A stretch of DNA of 56,216 nucleotides, the filler included, from Jimgerdemannia flammicorona (Eukaryota), in NCBI GenBank assembly GCA_003990765.1. It is 3 parts of 3 records of this genome, joined end to end, with 100 filler letters (N's around TTAATTAATTAA, not from the genome) between each part and the next. Parts side by side here need not be neighbours in the genome. Positions count along the whole stretch, not along the records: positions 18,773 to 37,444 come from RBNJ01002141.1; 2 more parts are not named here. One strand, given 5' to 3'. Each line of letters opens with the position of its first letter. Within the stretch, counting starts at the first letter, position 1. Below, one piece after another: positions 24,701 through 37,544 of this stretch. The position numbers and the translations under genes were made by a program. Below the pieces are notes generated by a model, which was given only the letters and a program-made list of their open reading frames with translations, did not search any database and was not told the origin of the DNA.

Positions 24701-25965
24701 TTCTCTTCACCTCTTTCTCAATTTTTGCCAGCAACTCTCTCTACCTCCTGCATCCTTTGGACCTCTCCCACAGCCCCTTATTGACATGGACATGCTTCCA
24801 TCTACAATCTCTAGATACATTGACTCCACAAATGCCTTCCAAGCCTTTATCCTCCATTCTACAACACTACTCAACTCCTTCAGTATCTCTAACAAATCTT
24901 CTTCCTCCTCCTCACTCTCCTTCACTCTCATCACCTTATATATAAAGACTCCCCTCACTATCACTGAAGGCCAGTCCTGAGCCTTCCCAGTAGCCTCCCT
25001 TCCTGCCAATTAAATCTGGATGTCAACATCTCCTATCCAGAAAGAGGTTACTTCCCACACTCTGAACCCTATATCAATCACCTTCCCATACTCAGCCATG
25101 ATATCCTCTACTCTCTTTTTTATCTCTACTGCAGACACTATAGATATACCTTTTACCAGGAGCTGTACCACTCTGGAGTCCTACCTCAGGCAGTATATCA
25201 TTGGTACATATATCTCTCTAACTATCAACCTAGCCTTAAATGTATCCCTCAATGGCCCAGCCTTCTCAAAGTCCACCTCCACTCCTTCTAGGCCCCTCAG
25301 GAACTTAACAGATGCTGTGCCACTCATCTGCTTTGTGATTGGCCCCAGGACCATTTTTGCCTTCATTACTAAGCCTCAGAAGTACAAAGTGACTATGAAC
25401 TCTAAAATCAACTTCTTGAGTAATGGGGCCACTGCCAGTCCTATTATACCATCAGCTAGATAACTGGGCCTCATGCTCTTCCACAACTTGGTCCACTATC
25501 AGCAGTTCCATTTAGATTTTTTTCCAGATCACCTGTCACATTCTCATCAGCAGTCACCCCCTCAGCCACTACACTGCCAGCCCCCCTACTCTGGCCACCC
25601 AGTGAGACTCCCCCCAGCTGCTGCTGTCTCATATTCTTCACCATCTCATTGCCCCTCCTCAGCCAGCCCTCCAGTCCAGTTGTCAGCTACTCCCCTATAC
25701 CTTATCTGCAAAGCTCACCCTCCAAATCTCCTGCCTTCCAACACTACTCCCTCCCCTTTCTCATCTGCCCACCAGCAAGCCTCTCATGCTTCCCCCCAAG
25801 CCCAGGCCCCTCCCTACATACTGCTAATTGAATGTACTTAGGCCTCTCTGCCCAGTATGCATCTTGAAATGCTCATTGCTTGCCATGTTGCTAGAAATAT
25901 TTCTCCAAAAACTATATCATAAGTGTTGTCAGAAGGTTGTGTAACCTGAAAGTTACTAGAGAAGG
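21720..25965 (-). mobile_element. L1/Tx1-like LINE (5' end, ORF1, APE, RT up to FADD), decayed and interrupted
   Basis: 5' motif at 25940-25965; ORF1 fragments; APE SLNMN/GDFN/RIDW; RT motifs end near 21730, where the next copy starts. Confidence 0.88.
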
Positions 25966-27233
25966 TGGCACTATTCTCTGTATAGTCTCTCTCTTGTGTC
26001 TTCTCTTTTATATATTTCTTATACTATATAACTAGTATATTCTTTTCTATACTTATAGTTAGCTATTAGTTCTCCTATTACTATCTTATTAACTATCTAT
26101 AGTTAGTTTCATCTAATATCAGGCTGAACTCATATCTCTATACTACTACTACCACTGACTTATTCAAATATGAAATCTAGCTCTTTAGTTAATAATCAAG
26201 CACTATATGTAAGAGGTATATCTACAGTTCTATTTTGATATTTCTTATCTCTATATCACTCTTACTTACTCTCATACTGCTCAGGTCACCAACTATTCAT
26301 CTATCTTCTTACTTTATGAATGTCAGACTCAACTTATCTTCTTTTTAACTCTCTTTTAATATTTAAATTATCTCTATGCAATATATATCACCAGTCTTAA
26401 GTCTTTATATAGCTCCCATTAGTAGCTCAATCTCTATATAGTTTACAATTCTAGACTACTATATGGCTTATAATATTAGCTATTTATTTTCTATATAATA
26501 CATATTACTAGCTCAATTTTCACTATTAGTTATTTTTCTCTTCCTTTTACCTCCTTATACTTTTCCTTTTATCATTTTTTTTACTTGGGCTATACTCTAA
26601 TATCCTCATAATATACTCTCTCTACAATTTCTCATTTGGATTAGTTTTACTATATTTCATTTCTCTATCTTTTTTTTGTTCTAAATATTTATATTTAAAT
26701 CTTAATTCTTATAGTTCTTAAGTATATATATAGTAATTATCAACAAATATTAGTTGTCTTTATTGGATAGATATATAGAAGATCTATTCTTGTTTTTAAT
26801 CATTATAGCTATATACATATTAAATAAGACAGTTTGTTAGAAATTATAAGTCAATATTATAGATATCTCAGATACAGTATAATGGGTATAAACTTCTTAT
26901 TGAGGTATAGAATAAACTATATCTTAGATACTGGTATATTCTTAATTTATATTAAATAGAAAATAACCCATTATATAACTAATATTCAATATTATATATA
27001 TATACTTTATAAATACTTTATATATACATATTATATATTCATATTATATGTATATTTATTTTTCTCCAACTCATTCTTTTACTATATATATACTTTAATA
27101 TAAGAGCTGGTTTTATATCATTTCTTTTCTCAATCTTTTTTCCTATTAAAATATAAATATTTGAACTTAATCTATATAGTTCTGAGATATATATATCAAT
27201 TATCATTAAGAATTAGTTGCCCTAATTAGATAT

Positions 27234-28697
27234 TGTGATGGTTGATCCAAATTAAGAACATAAATCAGAAGAATAGACATTTGATCACAGTATCTGAATC
27301 TGATTACCAAATATAGTGTAGCTCAAATAGCAGTCATATTTTATAAATATTAAAGTTTTGGTAAATATTAAAGTATTTGCAAATATTAAAAATTTTACAT
27401 ATGTTAAAGTTTTGACAATCATCAAAGATTTAATAGATGTCAAAAGTAACTTATAGGAAATATAGCCATAACTTAGCCACCTTGTAGCTAGCAAACTTAT
27501 ATATATATCCCCAGTATCTAGAGTGAATAAACCTCAGATTGAAATAGTTCTAAGTAAAGAGAAAATAAGAGAACTAGTAAGCCTATAGATAGATATACTC
27601 TAAACTCACTCATTCCTGTATCCTGAGGACTCTGTGAAGTCAAAGAAGATCAAGTTTTTAAGATGCAGAAATCTGATATATTTATCCAATTATGAGTCCA
27701 ATATATTATAACTCTATTGGCTAGTGTGATTTAAGACAAATTTCTCACTTTCAAGCTGAATAACAAATAACTACTACCATATAAACAATCATACAAATCA
27801 AACTAAGACATCTATATAAGATAGATATAGGACTATCAGTATTCTATAGATATACCTCAGATGAATCAATCATCACTTTCATTGATAATTTTGAACATTA
27901 TGCCACTGTAAGGACTCTGATAGTATTACAGTAAGTAGCTCTCATGTACTTCAGTCTCTAGGACTAGCAATAGCAGTATTCACAGCCACATCTCATGTGG
28001 GAAATGATGACAATGCCATGTTAGCAGTAAAGAAAGCATAGCTCTGAACCACTTACTATACAGATGAGATCAAGCAAGCCCTGAAGGATCAGCTTAATAT
28101 AATATATCAAGGAATGAGTAAGGATCCAAACACATTCTATATCAGAATCTGATATTAGATAATTCTTGTCAATTTTGCTAATGCTATCCAAGATCAAGTA
28201 GCAGAAATATCCTTTATGAAAGGAGTTCACTCTGAGATAGCTAGACTATCTGCTCATCATTAGTAATACTGAATCTAGTACAGAAGATCACCTATGCTCA
28301 GCAATACTAGATAGCCAGATATCTATAAGACTATACAATAAAAAGAGTTACTAGAGTCAGAATTGAAGTACTCAAGGCAATAAGTATAATTTCCACTTTA
28401 GTGATCAATGGAAACACACCTCAGTCAAGAGCTACTGAGTAGCAGAGAAACAGTAATCCAATGGAGGAACTTGTTAAGAAGTTTGCCAAAATGACAGCCC
28501 ACCTAGGAGATATGGTAAAAGAAATTAGAAAAAGAGACTACTGCCTGGTTCAAAAGTTTACCACCCCCTCAGACAAGAAGAGAGATATCTGCTATATCTG
28601 TAGAGAAGAAGACCACTACTTATATGAATATATAAGTAAAACTAAATACAAGGCCCAGTCAAGTAATACTATTCAAAATAAGAAACAGGTCAAAAAC
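27234..28697 (+). mobile_element. Relic of Gypsy-B (LTR 27234-27710, leader, gag) cut by LINE insertion
   Basis: LTR matches the reverse complement of 43129-43592; gag fragment MEELVKKFAKMTAHLGD matches 42145-42372; PBS partly deleted. Confidence 0.88.
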
Positions 28698-31600
28698 ACC
28701 TTTCACCAGTAACATTCAGGTGATACAAGACTCAGACAACACTTTCTACAATGTTTTTAGTAATAGATAACTATCGATATAGATGGCAATGATCATACTG
28801 GTAAGCATGATGACCAGGGAGGCAATGGTGCTTTTGGCTGGCAACAAGTGGGGAGGAGGGGAGATGGTTTGGGGCCTCGATGGCTGGTCAAGGTACTGGT
28901 GGTGGAGGGAGGGGCAGCCTGAGGCAACATGGAGGAGAGAGGTCAACCTATGCTGACAAGGTCAAGATAGGGAGAATGGCCACTGGTCTGGATGGTTGGC
29001 TGGGCCTGGGGAAGGCATTGATGGCTGCTGCTGGGGGACTGGGAGGAGTGCCCAGGAGAGTGTCTGGCAGTAGAGGAGGGGGGGGAGTAGGGGCTGGAGA
29101 TGTGACTGTTGATGGGGCTGTGACTGGGGATCTGGAAAAAAATCCAGATGTGACAGCAGTTGATTGTTCCAGACTAGGAGTAGGCATGAGGCCTGGGGAC
29201 TTAGCAAATGGAGTGACAGGCATAGTGTCAGCACCATTACTTAAGAAATCAAGGTTAGAATTTGCCATCACATTATGTTTCAGGGGCTTGGCAGTGACTG
29301 CAAGGAAGATCTTGGGGCTGGTAGTGCAGGAGGCAAAAGGGGCAGCATTGGTGAAGTTTTTGAAGGAGAAGGAAGAGGTTGAGGTGGGGTTTGAGAAAGA
29401 GGAAGTGTTGCTGGCTGCCATGGGGAAGGGGGTGACAGTGGGTATAGTTGTAGTCCCCATGGCCAGTTGTATGTACTGGGACCCCTGTGTGGTATAGTTG
29501 ACAGTGTTGGATCTTCCTACAGTATCAAGGGAGAGGGCCAGAGAGTTGATTGTGGGAGCAGTCAAGGAGTATAGAGAGATTGTGGACATTGGGTTCAAGG
29601 TCTGGAAGGGTATGGAGCTCCAGACTGGTGATGTCAACATCTGGGTGAGGCTGGCTGGAAAGGAGAATATAGGGAAGATGAGGGATTGACCAGTGACTCT
29701 GAAGTGGGAACTGGTGGAGTGCAAGGTCACAAAGGTGAAGGGGACTCAGAAAGAGGAGAAAGATTTGCTTAAGGCTCTGGAGGATCTGGTTGGTACAGTT
29801 GAGAGGAAGAGATTGGCTTGGAAGGAGTATGAAGCCAGGACAGTTGTGGAAATTATCAATGGGAAGAGGATCAGGATGGATTGGGTGACCTGGGAGAAGA
29901 TGCAGGGGAGGAGAATCCAGAAGGAACTGCTGGCAAAGTTGGGTGATAGTGGGGCTGGCGGCAGAGCAGAGGATGGGAGAATGGGATTGTGTGAGAGTGC
30001 CTGGGCTGGGGAATGAGGGATGGCCCAAGGTGGGACCCAGAATGGACCAAGGGAGGAGAGGGAGGGCAGTGTGGAGGCGAATGTGGAAATGAGTAAAGGA
30101 GTACACTCTCAGTATAGCATCCTGAGTGGGGCAGGGGGTGAGGAGGAGTTACTGGATATCCCAGATGAGGAGTGGGATGAGTCAGTGAGGAGGAGCACTT
30201 TGGTGGACCCAGAGGTGGGGTGGGATTGGGTCACCCAGGGTATGGCAGAGGCAGTGGATGAAGAGAAGTAGATGTGGAAGACTCTGGAAGGGGTGGCAGC
30301 AGAGGAGTTGGGGGGTGAGGACTTCCAGATTATGGAGGAGAGGCATTGGGAGGAAATCCTTCATAGTGAGGAGGTATTGAAAAAGATATGGAATGAGATT
30401 CTGTTAGTCCTCTTGGAATCAGTTGAATATCAAGTTGATGATCAAAGAGAGGAGGAACTTCAAGGGATTGGAAATGACTAAGCAGCTTACTTGTGGGGCT
30501 TGAGAAAGAGATTGGAGAAGTGAAGAGTGGTCTGCACAGACTATCAGTCAGAGATGGAGGTGGTGGATGGGGTAGAATGTTAAGAAATCTGGAAGCATTA
30601 GATGCTCAGGCTGTTGTAGAGAGTGACTTGGAAGTAGAGCAGTGCTTGGATCTGACTGGAGATGAGATGAGCATGGCATTCTAGGCTGGGGTCTCAAATC
30701 TCAATATTATTTAATATGAATGGTATAACTATAATATTCTCTTTGAATGTAAATGAGTTATGGGGGACAGCTAGGAGGAAGTACATATTTGGATAGCTTA
30801 AAGGCCTGGATGCAGATCTCTTTTTACTGCAGGATGTCCATTATGAGGTTGATGTGAACTTATAGGATCGGCCTAAGGAATGGGGGGGACTGCAGTGTAG
30901 ACAAGGAGGGTGGGTATCCTAGTTTGAAAGGGGATGGGGGACATTGGGAATATTGGACATTGGGGGACTCAATTGATGTTGGGAGTGTGGAAGAGACCTA
31001 AATGGAGCCCATTGACAGTTGGGTCATGCTACTGCCCAGTAGAGAGAGAGGAATGGGTGGATTGAATTAAAAGTTTGAAAGAGGCTGATATCTTGGGTGA
31101 GGTTGGGTTTGACTGCCTGGGGGGTGACTTCAACATGGTGCAGGATAAGGAGATAGACAGGACAGATGGTGGGAGAAGAATGAGGAGCAGGAGTGGTGGG
31201 TTGGAGGATTGGTTGGAGATGGAGAGGTTGAGTTCTTTGGTTGATTCAGAGAGACAGTTTTGGGATAATTGTCGAATTTATACTCACTGGGCGATAGGGC
31301 TGGACTCTAGGATTGACTGGATATTGATGGTAGAATGCTGGGAAGTAGATGTCTGGACAATGCTGGAGGTGGTTTGGTGTCCATGGTCAGATCACTGAGG
31401 TCTGTTAGGAGGGGGGAGGTTTGGGGGAAGTGGGGATGGGCCTGGACATTGGTGACAGAATTCTTCTTTGTTAGAGGATAGGGCTTTATGGGCAGACTGG
31501 GAGAAGGAGGTCATTGGGAAAATTGGGAGGTGGCAGAAATGGTATCTGGTGATTGGGGACTGCTAGTGGAGGCTGAAAGCAAGTGCTCAGGGGTACTGGA

Positions 31601-32128
31601 GGGAAGCAGGGAAAGAGAGGTGTGCTCAGCAGTAGCAGAGGATGATATGGGCCTCACAGCAATTGGCAGCACTTATAGGGAGATGGACAGGAGTGCTAGA
31701 AGACTGGGAGGCAGCCAACTGGCATATTATGAGGATCCAGAAGAAATTTGAGGAGCTTAAGGAGGTGTTACAAAGAGAGGAAGAGGTTAGGCTGAAGGGG
31801 ATAGTGGTATGGCTGAGGTGGCAGAGGCTTGAGAAGGAAGTGAGACCCACTAGGTTTTTATCAAAGAGGTTATAAGTACAGAGAACTAAGCAGTGGTGGG
31901 ATGGGCTCCTGGATGTAGATGGGGAGATGGTGGTGGAGACTCCAGCGATTCTGGGATTACTGAGGACTCATTGGGAGGATTTGTAGAGTGAGGAGAAAGG
32001 GGGGAAGGATGCTTTGAATATTGAGAGGCAGCTGGAGGATTGGTATCTGGACCCTACAATAGGCCTGGAGACTCTGGGAGAGCTAGTGAAGGGTGAGGAA
32101 ATTTGCAAGATCTTGGCTACAACAATCG
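28698..32128 (+). mobile_element. L1/Tx1-like LINE (5' end, ORF1, APE), decayed, interrupted by a younger copy
   Basis: Colinear with 32129-35555; ends at EEICKILATT, where the younger copy starts. Confidence 0.9.
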
Positions 32129-32197
32129 ACCCTTTCACCAGTAACATTCGGGTGACACAAGGCTCAGACAACACTTTTACAATGTTCTTGGTGTCCG

Positions 32198-34117
32198 ATG
32201 ACTAACAACATGGATGGCAATGATCGATCTGGTGAGCATACTGACCAGGGGGGTGACGGCGCCTTTGGCTGGCAGTTGGTGGGGAGGAGGGGAGATGGTT
32301 TGGGGATGCCAGGGGCCTCGATGGCTAGCCGAGGCCCCAGTGGTGGAGGAAGGGGAGGTCTGAGGCAGAGAGGAGGGGAGAGGTCGACCTTTGTGGACAG
32401 GGTCAAGATAGGGAAGATGGCTTCTGGGCTGGATAGTTGGCTGGGCCTGGGGAAGGCGTCATTGGCTACTGCTGGGGGTCAGGGAGGTGCACCCCAGGGT
32501 CCTTCTAGTGGTAGGGTAGGGGCCGGAGTAGGGGCTAGAGATGTGACTGTTGATGGGGCTGTGACTGGGGATCTGGCAAAAAATCCAGATGTGACAGCAG
32601 TTGGCATTTCAGGACTTGGAGTGGGCATGAGGCCTGGGGACCTGGCGGATGGCATGGTGTCAGCCCCATTACTCAAGAAGTCGAGGTCCGAATTCGTGGT
32701 CATGATGTGCTTCCGGGGCTTGGCAGTGATGGCGAGGATGATTCTGGGGCTGGTGGCACAGGAGGCTAAGGGAGCAGTATTGGTGAAGTTCTTGAGGGGA
32801 AAGGAAGGGGTTGAGGTGGGGTTTGAGGAGGAAGACGCCTTGTTGGCAGCCATGGAGAAGGGGGTGAGGGTTGGCGAGGTTGTGGTCCCTATGGCCCGGT
32901 GTATGCACTGGGACCCCCAGGTGGTGCAGTTGATAGTGTTGGACCTTTCTATGGTGTCGAAGGAAAGGACCAGGGAGTTGGTTGTGGGGGTGATCAAGGA
33001 GTATGGCGAGATTGTGGATGTTGGGTTCAAGGTCTGGGAGGGTACAGAGCTGAGAACGGGAGATATCGATGTCAGGGTGAGACTTGCTGGAAAGGAGAAT
33101 ACAGGGAAGTTGAGGGACTGGCCAGCAGCACTGAGGTGGGGACAGGTGGAGTGTAAGGTCACGAGGGTGAAGGGGACTCAGGAGGAGGAGGAGGACCTGT
33201 TGGAGGCTCTGGAGGACCTGGAGGGGGCAGTTGCGAGGAGGAGATCAGCCTGGAAGGAGTTTGAGGCCAGGACGGTGGTGGGGGAGGTGGATGGGAAGAG
33301 GGTTCAGATGGAGAAGGGGGCTTGGGAGAAGATGCAGGGGAGGAGGATCCAGAAGGAGCTGTTGGCGAAGTTGGATGGGGGTAGGGCTGGTGGAAGCTCT
33401 GGGGTGGGGGCTGCAGGGCTGCAGGAGAGTGCCTGGGCTGAGGGGGGAGAGATGGCCCAGGGTGGGGCTCAGTTTGGAGTCGGGGAGGAGGGGGAGGATA
33501 GCTTGGAGGTGGATGCCGAAATGGGGGAAGGTGGGCGCCCTCAGTATAGTGTTCCGAATGGGGCGGGAGGCGAGGAGGAGCTGATGGATGTGCCAGATGA
33601 GGAGTGGGATGAGTCGGTGAGGAGGAGCACGCTGGTGGACCCCAAGGTGGATGGGGGACAAATTGCTCAGGGGGCAGCGGAGGCAGTAGATGAGGAGAAG
33701 TGGATGTGGAAGACCCTGGAAGGGGTAGTGGCTGAAGAGCTGGGGGGTGAGGACTTCAGGGTGATGGAGGAGAGGCATTGGGAGGAGATTCTACGTGGAG
33801 AAGAGGTGCCAAGGAAGATGAGGAATGAGATCCTGGCTGTCCTCCTGGAGTCTGTTGAGTATCAGGTTGATGATCAGCGAGAGGAGGAGCTTAGATGGAT
33901 TGTGAGTAACAGGGCACTTGTCTTGTGGAACTCGAGGAAGGGCCTAGAGAAGTGGCGTGCAGTCTGCTTGGATTATAGGGCGGATATGGAGGAGGTGGAC
34001 AGGGTGGAGTGTCAGGAAATTCTGGGGGCACTGGATGCTCGGGATATTGTGGAGGGAGAATTGGAAGCTGAGCGGCTCTTGGACTTGGTGAGGGATGAGA
34101 TGAGCATGGAATTATAG
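32198..34117 (+). CDS. LINE ORF1 protein, 639 aa (probable RRM-like nucleic-acid binding region; acidic C-terminal half)
   Basis: Long open frame directly upstream of APE-RT; homologous fragments in three other copies. Confidence 0.85.
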   Translation: MTNNMDGNDRSGEHTDQGGDGAFGWQLVGRRGDGLGMPGASMASRGPSGGGRGGLRQRGGERSTFVDRVKIGKMASGLDSWLGLGKASLATAGGQGGAPQGPSSGRVGAGVGARDVTVDGAVTGDLAKNPDVTAVGISGLGVGMRPGDLADGMVSAPLLKKSRSEFVVMMCFRGLAVMARMILGLVAQEAKGAVLVKFLRGKEGVEVGFEEEDALLAAMEKGVRVGEVVVPMARCMHWDPQVVQLIVLDLSMVSKERTRELVVGVIKEYGEIVDVGFKVWEGTELRTGDIDVRVRLAGKENTGKLRDWPAALRWGQVECKVTRVKGTQEEEEDLLEALEDLEGAVARRRSAWKEFEARTVVGEVDGKRVQMEKGAWEKMQGRRIQKELLAKLDGGRAGGSSGVGAAGLQESAWAEGGEMAQGGAQFGVGEEGEDSLEVDAEMGEGGRPQYSVPNGAGGEEELMDVPDEEWDESVRRSTLVDPKVDGGQIAQGAAEAVDEEKWMWKTLEGVVAEELGGEDFRVMEERHWEEILRGEEVPRKMRNEILAVLLESVEYQVDDQREEELRWIVSNRALVLWNSRKGLEKWRAVCLDYRADMEEVDRVECQEILGALDARDIVEGELEAERLLDLVRDEMSMEL

Positions 34118-34148
34118 GTTAAGGTCTCTTTTACAATATCCATTCAAT

Positions 34149-37100
34149 ATGAACAGTACAACTAGGATATTCTCATTGAACATTAATGGGTTACAGGGGG
34201 CGGCTAGGAGGAAGTACATCTTTGGTTAGCTTCGGGGTCTGGATGCGGACCTCTTCTTGTTGCAGGATGTTCAGTATGATGCTGATGTGGATTTACTGGA
34301 TTGAACTAAGGAATGGGGGGGTGCAGCAGTTTGGAGGGGGAAAGTGGGTATTCTGGTTCGGAAAGGGATGGGGGACATTGGGGACATTGGACATTGGGGG
34401 GCGCAGGTGGTGTGGTGAGTATGGAAGAGGCCTGGTTGGGGCCCGCTGATGATTGGGTCTTGTTACTGCCCGGCTGAGAGAGGGGAGAGGGTGGATTGGA
34501 TTCGCAGATTGAAAGAAGCTGGTTTATTGAGAGAAGTTGGGTTTGACTGTATGGGAGGGGACTTCAACATGGTCCGGGATAAGGAGTTGGACAGAACTGA
34601 CAGAGGGAGAGGTGTGTGAGGTGAAAGTTGTGGGTTGGCAGACTGGTTGGAGGTGGAAAGGTTGTGTTCTTTGGTGGACTCAGAGAGACATTTTTGGGCT
34701 GATCGGCAGGTGTATACCCATTGGGCGGCAGGACTGGGCTCTAGGATTGATTGGGTTCTAACAGCAGAGTGTTGGGGAGTGGATGTCTGGACGATACTGG
34801 GAGTGGTGTGGTGTCCATGGTCCGATCACTGGGGGTTGCTTGGAGGGGGGAGGTTTGGGGGAAATGAGGATGGGCCTGGATATTGGCGGCTAAATTCTTC
34901 CTTGTTGGAGGATAGGACATTGTGGGGGGGTTGGGAAACAGAGGTGGTTGGCGATATCGGCAGGTGGCGGGATCAAGGACTGGCAATTGGGGACCACTGG
35001 AGAAGGTTGAAGGTGAAGGCTCAGGGATATTGGAGGGAAGCAGGGAAAGGAAGGAGTGCTCAGCGTAGGCGGCAGGTGATATGGGCCTCGCGGCGTTTGG
35101 CGGCGCTCATGGAGAGATGGGCGGGTGTGCTAGAGGATAGGGCAGAGGTGGATTGGCATATTGCGAGAATCCAGCAGGAGGTGGAGGAGCTTAAAGGGGT
35201 GCTCTGGAGGGAGGAAGAGGAGCAGCTGCAGGGAATGGTGGCCTGCTTGTGATGGCAGGGGCTTGAGGAAGGGGAGAGATCTACCAGGTTCTTGTCACGG
35301 TTGTTACAAGTACGACAGATGAGGCAGTGGTGGGAGGGAGTTTTGGACGAGAATGGCGAGCTGGTGGTGGGGACCCTGGCGATTTTGGGCCTATTGCGAT
35401 CCCAGTGGGGGAACCTTTGGAGTGAGGATGACGGGGGACTGGGTGCTCTGGACATTGAAAGGCAACTGGGGGATTGGCACCTGGACCCTGCCATGGGACT
35501 TCTGGCATTGGGGGACCCGCTGAGCGGCGAGGAGATCTGCGAGGTAGTGGCCTCTATGAGTAAAGGGACAGCCCTAGGAGAGGATGGACTTCCCTGGGAT
35601 TTTTGGAAGAAGATGATAGGGGTGCATGAGGTACTGGAGGAAATGATGGCTATGTGTGATGAAGTTCTTCGGTCTGATGCCTGGATTGGGAGACAGTGCT
35701 TGGGGCTGGTCTCCTTGCTATATAAGAACAAGAGCAGAAGGGAGGATTGGAAGAACTGGCGGCCAATCATGCTTCTGGACATGGACCGCAAACTGGTGAC
35801 GAAGATCTTGGTGTTGCGGTTGCAAGAGATCGCGCAGCAGGTGCTTGGTTTGGAGCAATGTGGTTTTGTTGGTGGTCAGTTGATTCGAGATGGGATGGCC
35901 TGGGTTCATGGAGTGATTGAAGGTGTCCGGGCTACCGGGGTGGATGGCAGATTGGTATTTCTGGACCAGGAGAAGGCTTATGATAGAGTGCGGAGGATAT
36001 GGCTGGAGGGAGTGCTGAAGCGGATTGATATCTCCCCGGGTTTCTGAGGTTCATTGATCAGTCTCTTGGAGGACAGTCAGGCGGCATTGGTCATCAATGG
36101 CCACCAGGGGGTGACCTTCCCCCTGGGCCATGGGGTGCCGCAAGGGGACCCCTTGTCACCCATGTTGTATGCCCTTTCCCTGGAGCCACTACTGGACAGG
36201 ATTCGGCAGAAGATTGGTGGTTTGGACGTTATAGGGGTGAACTGGAAGGTGGGGGCCTTTGCCGATGATATGGTGGTTGGACTGGGTTCCTTGGGGGATG
36301 TTGGAGAGCTGTAGAGAATGGTGGAATGGTATGAGCAGGGCTCTGGTGCTATACTGAACTGGCACAAATGCAAGATGCTGGTGCTGGGAGCTGGAATTGT
36401 TGGGGGCGATGTTATTGGAATGATGGTTCCGGCCGGGGAACCAGTGTGCTACTTGGGGATCTACTTCTCGGTGTTTGGATCTCTTCTTCCCCGGGTATGG
36501 TGGGACCATAAACTGCTAGAGTGGGGCAATGTCTTGGTGCAATGGGGCGGCCGGCATATGTCCCGTGCCGGAAGGGTGATGGTGTTGAATGTGTACTGGA
36601 TGCTGAAGCTGTGGTATGTTGGTTATCATTTGGATTTCCCACTGTGGGTAGTTACAAGGTTGTTGAAGATGGCGAGATTGTGGATTTGGGGAGGGCGGCG
36701 GAGCCAGGTTGGTTGGGAGGTGCTCACACTGCCCTTGGAAAGAGGTGGACTGGGCTTAGTGGACTTTACTAGGTGGCTTTTATGTCTGAGGGCCTGGTGG
36801 CTAAGAAGGGCGAGTGAGCTTCGAGGTCGGGAGTGGGTGCCACTCATGCAGAGGCTGTGGGAGGTTCGATACTCCCCACAAGGTGGCTCTGGCGACCTGC
36901 TTGCAATGGTGGCCATGGACAGGAGCCGAAGGATGTGGTTTACAGGCTTTTGGTGGGGGGCGGTGGATGGTGCTAAGAAAATCGGCCTTCGGTGGCAAGG
37001 TGACGAGGCCGAAGGGGTTTGGGGACCACAGATGCTGAGATGGGACAGGCTTCTATTGGGTGGTGTTCTGGTGGAGGACTTTCAGCTTGGCAAGGGTCTG

Positions 37101-37444
37101 GAGTGTCTGTGAGGCCTAGGTGGAGACTTGTGGCCTGAATCCTGGCAGAGGGTTGGCATCGGGGAAGAGTGGGATTGGAATGGGCTCTGGCTTTGGAGCA
37201 AACGGGTGAGGCAGTAGCTGCCCCCCAAGTTCTGGTTGGCATGGTGGCAGATCCTATAGCGGAATGTGATGCTGAACTATCGGTCTGGTCACTTGGTGGA
37301 TGGTGGGGTGTTCGAGTGTGAGGATTGTTTCAATGTTGGTCAGGAGAGAGGAGTGGTACAAATGCCTGAACATTGGCTTGGCGAGTGTGAGGTTTTGGGG
37401 GAGTTCTGGAGATATATAATGGACAGGTTAGGGTTAGGGGCTGG
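34149..37444 (+). pseudogene. LINE ORF2 (APE endonuclease-RT-zinc knuckle) with premature stops
   Basis: SLNINGL, LLQDV, GGDFN, SRIDW, WSDH; WRPIMLL, LDQEKAYD, GVPQGDPLSP, AFADD, YLG; CEDC...EHWLGEC. Confidence 0.92.
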
Positions 37445-37544
37445 NNNNNNNNNNNNNNNNNNNNNNNNNNNNNNNNNNNNNNNNNNNNTTAATTAATTAA
37501 NNNNNNNNNNNNNNNNNNNNNNNNNNNNNNNNNNNNNNNNNNNN
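37445..37544. other. Artificial contig linker
   Basis: Same N-TTAATTAATTAA-N block as 18673-18772. Confidence 0.95.

Larger units (their letters stand above)
32129..37444 (+). mobile_element. Near full-length L1/Tx1-like LINE (youngest copy), 3' end in gap
   Basis: Intact ORF1; ORF2 with APE, RT and C-terminal CxxC...HxxxxC. Confidence 0.93.

Noticed and set aside
25970..27233. AT-rich block as a specific element
   Set aside because: Looks like a heavily mutated relic, but I could not read a diagnostic motif in the frames examined.
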